A stretch of DNA of 64,000 nt from an uncultured Gammaproteobacteria bacterium (GTDB lineage: Bacteria > Patescibacteriota > Microgenomatia > PFEM01 > JAPLYW01), in NCBI GenBank assembly GCA_965230945.1, contig OZ246397.1, positions 88,029 to 152,028 of the forward strand. The letters are read 5' to 3'. Shown here in pieces: positions 1 through 8,958 of the stretch (position 1 is its first letter; each line of letters starts with the position of its first letter). The translations under genes and the position numbers were made by a program. The notes below the pieces were generated by a model. That model saw nothing but the letters and a program-made list of their open reading frames with translations. It made no database searches and was not told the DNA's origin.

Positions 1-1073
1 CTGGCGGTAATAATTATACTTTTAAAACCTCTTAAGGCCTTTAGGTAAAGCCAAAGATAAGCAAAAAGCCCTAAAATCCCAGTGGTAGCCAGTACAAAAA
101 GTATGCTTGAATCAGTTCCGGCTGCTGAATGGCTAAGCTGCCATTTTTCTTCGTCAACCAAACCGTAATCCCTTTGGGCATAACGATAGGTATTAAAACC
201 AACACCTAAAAGAGGATTTTTCTGAAAAACACCAAAAGCCTGTTTATAATTTTCAGTTCTTGCCTCAATCGAATAAGTTCTCTCTAACTTACCTCCTTCT
301 CCTGAAGGACGAGGCACTAAAAACCAACCCATAGTTAGAAAAAGCATAATTAAAACTAAAAACCTAAAAGATTTCTTAAAAAGAGCTACTGCTCCTGCAC
401 CAACTAAAAAAGACAGCCAAGAGGCTCTAGAATAGGTCAAAACAAGCATAGCAAAAACAAATAAACCCATTAGTATCCATCCTTTTTTATTCTTCTTATC
501 CCAACCTAATTTAATTATTAAAATCAATGTTAAAACTAAAATCAAACCAGTAAACCCGGGATCAAGAAAAGTGCCTGCTACTCTATAAAAATGGGGGTCC
601 CACTGTAAAACCTCTAAAAATTTTAAGTTAGGATAAAGAAGATATTGAATCAATCCAAAGACGGCTACGAAAAAGCCTATTACTATCAAGTAATTAAAAA
701 TGTTTTTCTTAAATTCATTCTTAAGATCGGCCAAAACAAAATAAATGCCGGCATAGACAAGCCAACGAAAGAGATACAAAGAGCTTATTAAAACCTCTAA
801 TCCTGAAAAACGAAAACTAGCAACAAGCAGAGAAGATAAAGAGATGCCTGAAAAAACAAGAATTGGCTTAGTTAAAAAAGGCGCCTTATACTTTCTTTTA
901 ATAATTAAGAAGCGCCAAATCAACCAGAAAAACAAAAAGAAAAACAAAACAACATCGGTTAAATAAAGATGAACCTCAGGAAAACCAAAAGAAAAAAGCG
1001 GTAAGCGAATTAACTGCCCGAAAGGAAACAAAACTAAATAAACAAAAAAAAGGCTGGTGATTACTTTCTTCAT
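1..1073 (-). CDS. O-antigen ligase/polymerase (Wzy_C/WaaL-like) membrane protein, 3' end outside window
   Basis: Translated by hand from the ATG at 1073, which overlaps the upstream stop (ATGA): MKKVITSLFFVYLVLFPFGQL...YRVAGTFLDPGFTG...TYSRASW...KNPLLGVGFNTY...HSAAGTDSS. Multiple hydrophobic segments. Not on the ORF track because it is truncated. Confidence 0.85.
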   Translation of the reverse strand, partial: MKKVITSLFFVYLVLFPFGQLIRLPLFSFGFPEVHLYLTDVVLFFFLFFWLIWRFLIIKRKYKAPFLTKPILVFSGISLSSLLVASFRFSGLEVLISSLYLFRWLVYAGIYFVLADLKNEFKKNIFNYLIVIGFFVAVFGLIQYLLYPNLKFLEVLQWDPHFYRVAGTFLDPGFTGLILVLTLILIIKLGWDKKNKKGWILMGLFVFAMLVLTYSRASWLSFLVGAGAVALFKKSFRFLVLIMLFLTMGWFLVPRPSGEGGKLERTYSIEARTENYKQAFGVFQKNPLLGVGFNTYRYAQRDYGLVDEEKWQLSHSAAGTDSSILFVLATTGILGLFAYLWLYLKALRGFKSIIITA

Positions 1074-1804
1074 AATCGATAAAGCTTTCCTCTTGATAAA
1101 AAAGAATGAAAACTCATCATTAAGGCTGTAATTAAACCTTGTATACCGTCCAAAAAGCCCAATCTAAGGATATAGTTTTGTAGAAACTTCCCCAAGGGAT
1201 TAAAGACAAGGCTAAACAAACTTGCCTTAACTCCTTCTTTTTTTAAAGACTGGGCATGCAAAGTAGAATAGAGATTAACTGTTTTTAAAAAATCACTGAT
1301 GGTAGTATGTGGGTAATGCAAGAGAGGATTTTTAAGCTCAGCTGTTCTACCTTTAATCATCCAAACTTCATGGACTCCCCTTTCCCATTGACCGGTATCC
1401 CTTTTGGCTAACCTTAATAATCTAACCCGGGCGGTTTCTCCATGTTTTAACCATCGATTACCAAAAAAATCATTCCTTCTAAAATAGAAACCCTTTATAT
1501 TTGATCCAGAGTCAATAATCTTTAAAATTTCTTTTTTAAGTTCTTCGGAAATTCTTTCATCGGCGTCTAGAAACAAAACCCACTTACCCCAAGCTTTTTT
1601 CAGACCAAAGTTACGTTGTTGGGCAAAACTATTATTTAAGGAACGAATAAAAACTCTAGCACCATATTTTTTGGCTATTTCGATTGTTTTGTCAGTGGAA
1701 TTATCATCGATAACTAAAATTTCGTCACACCATTTGATCGACTCTAAACAGTCTTGAAGATTTTTCTCTTCGTTCTTGGTTAAAACAACTACGGAAATCA
1801 TCAT
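1070..1804 (-). CDS. Glycosyltransferase family 2 (WaaE/KdtX-like beta-glucosyltransferase)
   Basis: ISVVVLTKNEE, IDDNSTDKT, WVLFLDADE and VHE motifs. Confidence 0.9.
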   Translation of the reverse strand: MMISVVVLTKNEEKNLQDCLESIKWCDEILVIDDNSTDKTIEIAKKYGARVFIRSLNNSFAQQRNFGLKKAWGKWVLFLDADERISEELKKEILKIIDSGSNIKGFYFRRNDFFGNRWLKHGETARVRLLRLAKRDTGQWERGVHEVWMIKGRTAELKNPLLHYPHTTISDFLKTVNLYSTLHAQSLKKEGVKASLFSLVFNPLGKFLQNYILRLGFLDGIQGLITALMMSFHSFLSRGKLYRL

Positions 1805-1818
1805 TTGATTTTATCATA

Positions 1819-2292
1819 TTAAATTCGGTTAAGGAGCATTTTCGGAGCTAAGACAAGCAGATAAAGATAAGCCAGGGGACGACGATAGACAGGAATCCAG
1901 TTATTAATGAAAATAAAATTACTTAACAAAAGATGACACATATATCGTAATGACTTAGCCTTACCTTCGGAAAGTTTATGAAGAATTACTGATTGGGGTT
2001 CTAAAGCAATTTTATCCTTTTCTAAATCTAGAAGCTTAAAGCTTACAGGTAAATAAAAATGATTATTTGATTTAGCCCATTTAATCGTCTTTTTATCTAT
2101 ATCTATTCCTTCTACAGTTTTTGCCACACTTAACAAAAGAGTCATTCCATAACCAGTACCACATGCTACATCAAGAATTTTTTTATTAACAGAGAAATTG
2201 AGCGAGAAAACGTATCTTTGAATATGAAGCATCCAATTTACTACATCTTTATACATTTTATCCGGAACCACTTTTTCACCAGTATATTCCAT
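1819..2292 (-). pseudogene. Probable chimeric remnant: class I SAM methyltransferase N-half fused to a GT2-like C-terminus
   Basis: ILDVACGTGYG and EGIDID motifs are present, but the later FETIEH-type motif is missing. The sequence switches to KIALEPQSVILHK, which resembles the tail of GT2 enzymes. Confidence 0.6.
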
Positions 2293-2351
2293 GTTTTTTA
2301 CTTATACTTAAAAGAGTTTATCAAATTTATAAAAAATTAACAATTTACCCC

Positions 2352-2380
2352 TTGACAAAGTATTGATAAATTAGTTTAAT
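2352..2380 (+). promoter_or_regulatory. Sigma70-type promoter TTGACA-17-TTTAAT
   Basis: Perfect -35 at 2352-2357 with a 17-nt spacer, upstream of the 852-aa gene. Confidence 0.6.
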
Positions 2381-2403
2381 TTAGACAAACAAGTCGGAAA
2401 GGC

Positions 2404-4962
2404 TTGTTTTTTATTATGCGAAAATTCATTATACCAAAGCTTTTCTTCTTCATCTTTTGTTTTATTTCACTTCTTTTTATCTTTCCAACTATAATACAAG
2501 CAACTGAAAATATCTTATTTGAAGATAATTTTGAGAATGATAAAAAATCTGATTGGGAAGAATATATGGGTCTAAATGGAAATTGGACTATAGAAAATGG
2601 TGAATATGTAGGAACTGTAACTAAAAATTGTAGTGGAGATTTCCCGAGTTACTCTTTGGTAGGGGATATTAATTGGACTAATTACAGTTTTGAGGTACGA
2701 ATGAAAGGAACAAAAGGAGTTGATAAAAAGATTTTATTCCGATACAACTCCAATATGGAAAAAACTTATGACCTAAATTTAATAAGCAATAATATACTAG
2801 GAGTAGGTAAACAACATCCCTCTGGGAGTTGGGTTAAGACAATATCATTTAACAACTCCTCTGATACATGGTACAAAATCAAAGTAGTCCTAAAAAATGA
2901 AAATATAAAAATTTATATAGACGATATCCTTCAGTTCGATTTTAACGATACCGACAATCCAATACTAAATGGAAAAGTTGGTCTCCAGGTATGGCCAGGA
3001 TATTATGCCGGGTGTGGGGGAAGAACTACTGTTCATTACGATGATGTAATAATAAAAGGTGATGTTTCTTCTACACCAACATCTACTCCAACCCCAACCA
3101 TAATTCCTACACCCACTCCAACTACTACCCCACCTCCTCTTCAATCCCTTATACTTCTCCCTGGCCTTGGTGGTTCTTGGAATCATGAAAATATGATTCT
3201 GGGTATAGAAAAACCTCAATCTGAATGGTATATGACACCTGGAATTAAGGTTTACGATGGATTGATCGAAACACTTAAGAATGCTGGGTACAAAACTGAA
3301 AGTGAAGATAAGAATCTTTTTGTTTTTAATTACAACTGGACTAAACCCGTTAATTCAATTACCGAAGATCTCAAAACATATATTGAAAACGTCGTTAAGC
3401 CTTCATCTGAAGAAGAAATTGATCTCATAGGACATAGCTTGGGGGGATTAGTCGGCAGAACCTATGTCCAAAACAATCAAGAAAATCATGTTGATCAATT
3501 AATCACTTTAGGCTCGCCACTTAAAGGTATCCCTTTTGTTTATTATCTCTGGGAAGGTGGCGATTTAAATAGATTTCTCCCTGACTGGCAAAGAATCGGC
3601 GCTGGACTTCTACTCCATTTAAGAAAACCAGGGTTTTCAACCGATATGGAGGCCTTGAGAACTGTTACCCCTATTTTAAATGACCTCCTTCCAACTTTTA
3701 GTTATCTTAAACAAAACGGAAATGAAAAAGAATTAAACCAAATGTCAGAAAAAAATAACTGGTTAATCGACCTTAATAATTCCCTGCCAGATTATTTGCT
3801 TTCTGTAACCAATAATTTTCTCGGTATTTTTTCTGATAGCACCACTAGATGGATAAATGTTACTGATCGTGACTGGCTTGATCGTCTGCTTGGTTTTTGG
3901 CCGGATGGTAAACCTATTAGTGAAGAATTCGGCGAGGGTGACAAAACAGTTTTGTCTGAGAGTGCTTCTTTAAATGGAACAACTATCACTCGCCTAGAAA
4001 ATATTGGTCATCAAGAATTAGTAACTTCACTTAATTCTCAACAAAAAATTATGGAAGCTCTTAATTTAAACCCAAGTTCTATTTCTACCATCTCTACCAA
4101 TCTTAATTACGATTCTTCTTTGGTTTTTCAAATTGCTTCTCCTGCCACCATAACCATTACTGATCCTAATGGAGATTCAGCCGGCGAGGGTGATGGCAAG
4201 TTAATAATAATTAACAGCCCTTTGCCGGGCGAATATCAAGTAAATTTAATCGAGACAGCTACTGGTCCCTACGATCTATATATCGGTCAAATTCTTAGTA
4301 ATCAAGATTTTTGGACAACTACTTCTGGCTCAATTGATAAAGGAGATGAGATTAGTTATAAAATTACTTTTAGTCCTTCTACTCCTTTGGAAAATCCAGT
4401 CATCGACCAAACAGGCAAAACTTATATTGAAACGGCTCAAAAACAAATTTCAAATTTAAAAGAAGAAATTAAACAGCAAAATTTTCATCCTTTTATGAAA
4501 AGATTAATTCTTATCCAATTAAATCGTATTGAATCCTTGTTGAATAAATATAAACTTAAAAAAACGATCATTTCTCTTTATCGATTCAGGCTCACCATCA
4601 GTTTTTGGCAAAATATGAGTAAATTAGATGAAAACAAAAGTCTTTATTTCAAAAATAAGGCCCAAGAAATTATCGATAATTTAGAAGAGGTTTATGTTAT
4701 CTCTGAGACCAATAAAGGCAAAATCTATAATCAGCGTCGTTTAAAAAGAGAAATAGCTTTAGCTCAAAAAATCTTTGAGAAAATGGAAAACAAACTTCAA
4801 AAACTTTCTAAAAGAGGTATGGTAAATCCAGACTATGGCGCTTTGTATCTCTTAGCTCAAGCAAAATTAAGTAAAGCGAAAGCTTCTACTTCCTATAAAG
4901 CTCATATCAACACCCTCGGCACCAAACTTCTTTCCCGAGAAGGATTCTTTCTTTTTAAATAA
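2404..4962 (+). CDS. Secreted or membrane-anchored multidomain protein: DUF1080/ConA-like beta-sandwich, PT linker, alpha/beta hydrolase (LCAT/PGAP1-like lipase), C-terminal domains
   Basis: N-terminal hydrophobic segment; FEDNFE...GNWTIENGEY...WYKIKV...GKVGL...YDDV; TPTSTPTPT linker; LLPGLGGS, GHSLGG nucleophile elbow, GDKTV and IGHQEL. ATG at 2416 is the more likely start. Confidence 0.8.
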   Translation: MFFIMRKFIIPKLFFFIFCFISLLFIFPTIIQATENILFEDNFENDKKSDWEEYMGLNGNWTIENGEYVGTVTKNCSGDFPSYSLVGDINWTNYSFEVRMKGTKGVDKKILFRYNSNMEKTYDLNLISNNILGVGKQHPSGSWVKTISFNNSSDTWYKIKVVLKNENIKIYIDDILQFDFNDTDNPILNGKVGLQVWPGYYAGCGGRTTVHYDDVIIKGDVSSTPTSTPTPTIIPTPTPTTTPPPLQSLILLPGLGGSWNHENMILGIEKPQSEWYMTPGIKVYDGLIETLKNAGYKTESEDKNLFVFNYNWTKPVNSITEDLKTYIENVVKPSSEEEIDLIGHSLGGLVGRTYVQNNQENHVDQLITLGSPLKGIPFVYYLWEGGDLNRFLPDWQRIGAGLLLHLRKPGFSTDMEALRTVTPILNDLLPTFSYLKQNGNEKELNQMSEKNNWLIDLNNSLPDYLLSVTNNFLGIFSDSTTRWINVTDRDWLDRLLGFWPDGKPISEEFGEGDKTVLSESASLNGTTITRLENIGHQELVTSLNSQQKIMEALNLNPSSISTISTNLNYDSSLVFQIASPATITITDPNGDSAGEGDGKLIIINSPLPGEYQVNLIETATGPYDLYIGQILSNQDFWTTTSGSIDKGDEISYKITFSPSTPLENPVIDQTGKTYIETAQKQISNLKEEIKQQNFHPFMKRLILIQLNRIESLLNKYKLKKTIISLYRFRLTISFWQNMSKLDENKSLYFKNKAQEIIDNLEEVYVISETNKGKIYNQRRLKREIALAQKIFEKMENKLQKLSKRGMVNPDYGALYLLAQAKLSKAKASTSYKAHINTLGTKLLSREGFFLFK
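3071..3138 (+). repeat. Low-complexity Pro/Thr linker (imperfect ACN-CCN codon repeats)
   Basis: Encodes STPTSTPTPTIIPTPTPTTTPPP between two domains. Confidence 0.7.
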
Positions 4963-5027
4963 AACATATAATATTTACCTACTTTGGCCATTTTTTATTT
5001 ATCAAAAATTTACTATACTAAAGACAT

Positions 5028-5654
5028 ATGTTATTTAGGGAATCAAAATTTGAGAAACCACCCGAGATAAAGATAGAAAAGGAGGGATCAAAAGAAATAG
5101 AAAAATTAGAAAATTCTTCAGAAAAATTAAGAAGAGTATTAAAATTTATAGATAAAAATATATTCCCAGAAAATCCTTTGCCTGTAAAAATAGTGAAAGA
5201 AATAAAAAGCAAATACGAAAAGAAAATCCCAGCGGCGCAACATTATTTTGACGAAGGCAAAAAAGGAGAAATGCTAAATGAGCATTATCAAGTAAATGAA
5301 AGAATTAATGAAAAGGAGAAAAATTTTGATGATATTATTGAAGTGGCGATTCATGAAGTAAGACATAGAGTTCAACACACTTTCCCAATAGAATTATTTA
5401 CGAGGGATAATTGGAAAAAATTTGAAGAAAAATATCCATCACTAAAGTTATTAAAAGAAAGGTTGCCGGAAAATCTTAGTCCAAATGATTTTGATGCCTG
5501 TATACTTGAAAATTTGTCATCTTTTTTGAGAAAAAATGGGGTTTCATTATCAGAGATTTCGAAAAGTATCATTCCTAAAAATGCGAGAGAGATATTTGAA
5601 AATATAGAAATTTTAGCAAAAGAGAAAAAATTTATCATTCCTAAAGCTGATTAG
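5028..5654 (+). CDS. Hypothetical protein with HExxH zinc-metallopeptidase-like motif
   Basis: IEVAIHEVRHRVQH (HEVRH at 5352-5366); TATACT box 8 nt upstream of the ATG. Confidence 0.6.
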   Translation: MLFRESKFEKPPEIKIEKEGSKEIEKLENSSEKLRRVLKFIDKNIFPENPLPVKIVKEIKSKYEKKIPAAQHYFDEGKKGEMLNEHYQVNERINEKEKNFDDIIEVAIHEVRHRVQHTFPIELFTRDNWKKFEEKYPSLKLLKERLPENLSPNDFDACILENLSSFLRKNGVSLSEISKSIIPKNAREIFENIEILAKEKKFIIPKAD

Positions 5655-5728
5655 AAAAGAACTTTTTACAAAATCCTACTTCGTAAAGTTTAACTTTTCA
5701 ACTAAAGAGTGGAATAATTATCAGTGGG

Positions 5729-5802
5729 TGGTCGCTAGAGGATTCGAACCTCTGACCTCTTCGATGTGAACGAAGCGCTCTAACCAACTGAGCTAAACGA
5801 CC
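5729..5802 (-). tRNA. tRNA-Val, anticodon CAC
   Basis: GGTCGTT/AGCGACC acceptor stem, TAGCTCAGTTGGTTAGAGC D arm, CTTCG-TTCACAT-CGAAG anticodon arm and GGTTCGAATCC T arm. Followed by CCCA rather than an exact CCA. Confidence 0.95.
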
Positions 5803-5865
5803 AGATGACTAATTCTACCAAATTTCCTACTTGCAAGCCAATACTTACTAAAGCATAATAATACC

Positions 5866-6420
5866 ATGAGCTTTTTCAAAAGAGCTGGCTCTATTTTTTT
5901 AGATATTGTTGAGACAATTGTCATTGCTTTAGCAATATTTGTTATTGTTTACCTCTTCCTCTTTCAACCCCACCAAGTCCGTGGTAATTCCATGTACCCT
6001 AATTTCCATGACGGTGATTATCTTCTAACTGACAAAATTTCCTATCACCTAAGCCAACCAAAAAGAGACGATGTGATAATCTTTACTGCCCCTAGAAATG
6101 AAGGTTATGATTATATCAAAAGAATTGTTGCCTTACCTAGAGAAAAAGTAAAGTTAGTTGAAGATGGTCTTTTAATAAATAGCGAAATAGCAGAAGAACC
6201 TTATTTTGTAGACGACCAAAAAACTTTTGGGGGTAATTTCTTAAAGATGGATGAAGAGGTTACTGTTCCCGAAGATAATTACTTTGTTTTAGGGGACAAT
6301 CGCAACCATAGTTCTGATTCAAGAGACTGGGGTTTTGTACCTCGAAAAAATATTATCGGGAGAGCCTGGTTTAGGTATTGGCCAGTAAAAGAAATGGGTC
6401 TTATAACTAAAATTCCTTAA
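5866..6420 (+). CDS. lepB: Signal peptidase I
   Basis: TM segment, GNSMYP (catalytic Ser), YIKRIV (Lys) and GDNRNHSSDSR. Confidence 0.95.
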   Translation: MSFFKRAGSIFLDIVETIVIALAIFVIVYLFLFQPHQVRGNSMYPNFHDGDYLLTDKISYHLSQPKRDDVIIFTAPRNEGYDYIKRIVALPREKVKLVEDGLLINSEIAEEPYFVDDQKTFGGNFLKMDEEVTVPEDNYFVLGDNRNHSSDSRDWGFVPRKNIIGRAWFRYWPVKEMGLITKIP

Positions 6421-7241
6421 CCTTTTATTCCTCCGTGAACTTTCCAAAGTTTCTTTTCCGTTTCCTCTAAGCTTCCTTTAAAAATAATCAGGATTCTTGT
6501 TTCTACCCTTGAACGTGTTATCCTAACACGAGTCTTATTGTCTCCACCTAAAGATTGATGAATTTCATCCCTAATTCGGTCTGTTTCATCAGAAATAATA
6601 TGAGGAGTACTTGTCTTTCCTCTAATGGCCTGGCCTGCTTTCTTCTTTACCCTTCGAGAAATATCCTCAGCTCGGCGCACCGAGCCTGACTCTCTGAGAA
6701 TCATTTTATAAGCTTCAACCATTAACTTTGGGTCATCAATACCAGCTAAAGCCCGAGCATGACCCTCAGTAATTAAATTAGAAAGCAAACCATCTTTTAA
6801 AGCATCTGGTAAATTTAGTAACCTAATCGAATTGGAAACAAATGAAGGGCTTTTACTAATTCTTTCAGCAATCTCTTTATTGCTTAATTTAAACTCTTCC
6901 ATTAAACGGGTCAAAGCTTGAGCCCTTTCAATAGGGTTTAAATCTTCTCTTTGTACATTCTCAACCAAAGCCATTTCTAGCATCCCCTGAGGAGTAGTCT
7001 CTTTAATAATTACCGGTACTGTCTTTAAACCAGCTAATCTACCAGCACGCCAACGTCTCTCACCCGCAATTAACTGATAACCAGCGGGGGTTTTGGCCAC
7101 TACCAAAGGCTCTAATACCCCGTGTTCTTTAATCGACTTAGCCAACTCTGCTAAGGATTCATTACTAATCAAGCTCCTTGGTTGAAGCGGATTTGACTGG
7201 AGTAAATCAATATCTAATTCGATGACCTGTTTTGGTGCCAT
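6417..7241 (-). CDS. parB: ParB/Spo0J chromosome partitioning protein
   Basis: NPLQPR, LIAGERRWRA, ENVQREDLNPIE, HTH region and GHARAL. Confidence 0.95.
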   Translation of the reverse strand: MAPKQVIELDIDLLQSNPLQPRSLISNESLAELAKSIKEHGVLEPLVVAKTPAGYQLIAGERRWRAGRLAGLKTVPVIIKETTPQGMLEMALVENVQREDLNPIERAQALTRLMEEFKLSNKEIAERISKSPSFVSNSIRLLNLPDALKDGLLSNLITEGHARALAGIDDPKLMVEAYKMILRESGSVRRAEDISRRVKKKAGQAIRGKTSTPHIISDETDRIRDEIHQSLGGDNKTRVRITRSRVETRILIIFKGSLEETEKKLWKVHGGIKG

Positions 7242-7243
7242 AT

Positions 7244-7489
7244 TTAAACAACAAATACTAAATTTTTACCTTGTTTTTTTCTAAACTCAACTCTGCCATC
7301 CTTTAAAGCAAATAAAGTATGATCTCTCCCTAAACCAACACCTTCTCCGGGATGAAACTTAGTACCTCTTTGTCGAAGAATAATATTACCCACCTTAATA
7401 TTCTGTCCACCAAAAATTTTAACACCTAAACGTTTGCCTGGACGAGGAGGTTGTTGTCTTGTTCTACCTGCAGCTTTTGTTTTTGACAT
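7244..7489 (-). CDS. rpmA: 50S ribosomal protein L27
   Basis: [19 protein letters not shown] and GRDHTLFAL. Confidence 0.97.
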   Translation of the reverse strand: MSKTKAAGRTRQQPPRPGKRLGVKIFGGQNIKVGNIILRQRGTKFHPGEGVGLGRDHTLFALKDGRVEFRKKQGKNLVFVV

Positions 7490-7536
7490 AAAAGTTATCT
7501 AGTTTTCATACATACTAATCAATGTTTTCACAAATG

Positions 7537-7857
7537 TCAAGCAGAAACAATCTTTTCTATCCTGATTTTAGTTAGAAGTGATCTTGAACCTTTTACCTTA
7601 CGAAAGCGAGATTTGGCTTTATAGGTAGCCACCTTTATTTTCTTTCCTTTAAACTGATCAATAATCCTTGCTTTTACTTTAACTCCTTTAACCAAAGGCT
7701 GGCCAATCCTTATCTTTTTATCATCCACTAAAAGTAAAACTTCTTCAAAAGTTAATAAAGAGTCCTTTTTACCCTCTATCTTATTAACCTCAATTTCATC
7801 TGCTTCGGAAACTTTACATTGAGAACCGGCAATTTTAATAACAGCATATTTTTTCAT
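7537..7857 (-). CDS. rplU: 50S ribosomal protein L21
   Basis: YAVIKIAGSQ, IGQPLV and YKAKSRFRK; adjacent to rpmA. Confidence 0.95.
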   Translation of the reverse strand: MKKYAVIKIAGSQCKVSEADEIEVNKIEGKKDSLLTFEEVLLLVDDKKIRIGQPLVKGVKVKARIIDQFKGKKIKVATYKAKSRFRKVKGSRSLLTKIRIEKIVSA

Positions 7858-7880
7858 AGGTTTCCATTATAATATTTTCC

Positions 7881-8957
7881 TTACCTTATCTCAACCGTCT
7901 TTTCTCTATTTTTAACCTTAGCAATATTATTAACTATACCCAAAGCCATCATCGTGGAAAGTAAAGAGCTCCCCCCATAGGAAAGTAGAGGTAAAGTAAG
8001 ACCAGTAATTGGCAATAAACCTAGGTTCATACCTATATTTACAAAAACCTGGATAAAAAGAAGACTAAAAACACCAAGGCAAACCAAAGAAGCAAACCGA
8101 TCTTCAATATTTACAGCCAACAATAAAATCCTTAAAAGGAGAAAGAAAAATAATAAAATTAAAATTACAGCACCAATAAAACCAAGTTCTTCAGCTAAAG
8201 AAGCAAAAATGAAATCAGTCTGTCTTTCAGGTAAAAACTGTAAATGAGACTGAGTCCCCCTGCCCAATCCCCGACCAAAAAGCTGGCCTGAACCAATGGC
8301 AATCTTAGACTGAATTAGATTAAAACCAGAACCCAAAGGATCAGCTGAGGGATTTAAGAAAGTAAAAATACGCTCTTTTTGATAATCTCTTAAAAAGTGC
8401 CAAATTAAGGGAAGAAATAAGGATAAAATAGCCACTCCAAACAACAACCATCTGCCTTTGACAGCCTTTGCTAAAAGCATTCCTAGCCAAACAAAAACTA
8501 TCACCAAACTGCTTCCTAAATCGGGCTGAAAAAAAACAAGTAAAGCTACCAAAGCCATTAAAAAACCAGACTTGATGAGCTTTTTAAGGCCAATTTTGTC
8601 ATCAGAAAACAAAAAAGCAAAAAACAAAATTAAAAAAGGCTTGACTAATTCTGACGATTGAATACTGAAACCTCCGACCTGTAACCACCTAACAGAGCCA
8701 CGAGTAATGGCTCCAAATAAAACGGTAACTAACAAAAAGAAAATGGAAGCAAAATAAAAAAGCCAAGAAAAGCGTTCATAATGTCTGTAGTCAATATGAG
8801 TAAAGATAAAAAAGACAATCAGACCTAAAATAACCCATATTACCTGCTGAATAAACAAAGAGGGGAAAATACTTTTTAAGATAAATAGGCTTAGAAATAG
8901 AAGAATCAGAACTAGACCTAAAATAACCCAGTCAAAACTAAAAAAACGCTTAAACAT
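7881..8957 (-). CDS. rodA: SEDS peptidoglycan glycosyltransferase RodA
   Basis: QPDLGS, ERIFTFLNP, IAIGSGQLFG, FLPERQTDFIF and LSYGGSS. ATG at 8957 preferred to the ORF-track start at 8969. Confidence 0.88.
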   Translation of the reverse strand: MFKRFFSFDWVILGLVLILLFLSLFILKSIFPSLFIQQVIWVILGLIVFFIFTHIDYRHYERFSWLFYFASIFFLLVTVLFGAITRGSVRWLQVGGFSIQSSELVKPFLILFFAFLFSDDKIGLKKLIKSGFLMALVALLVFFQPDLGSSLVIVFVWLGMLLAKAVKGRWLLFGVAILSLFLPLIWHFLRDYQKERIFTFLNPSADPLGSGFNLIQSKIAIGSGQLFGRGLGRGTQSHLQFLPERQTDFIFASLAEELGFIGAVILILLFFFLLLRILLLAVNIEDRFASLVCLGVFSLLFIQVFVNIGMNLGLLPITGLTLPLLSYGGSSLLSTMMALGIVNNIAKVKNREKTVEIR

Positions 8958-8958
8958 A

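Noticed and set aside
4963-5802. Integrative element at tRNA-Val
   Set aside because: No integrase, and I did not see a duplicated tRNA 3' end in the window.
6417-7540. parS sites or a parAB/origin region near parB
   Set aside because: No TGTTNCACGTGAAACA-like palindrome, parA gene or DnaA-box cluster was seen.
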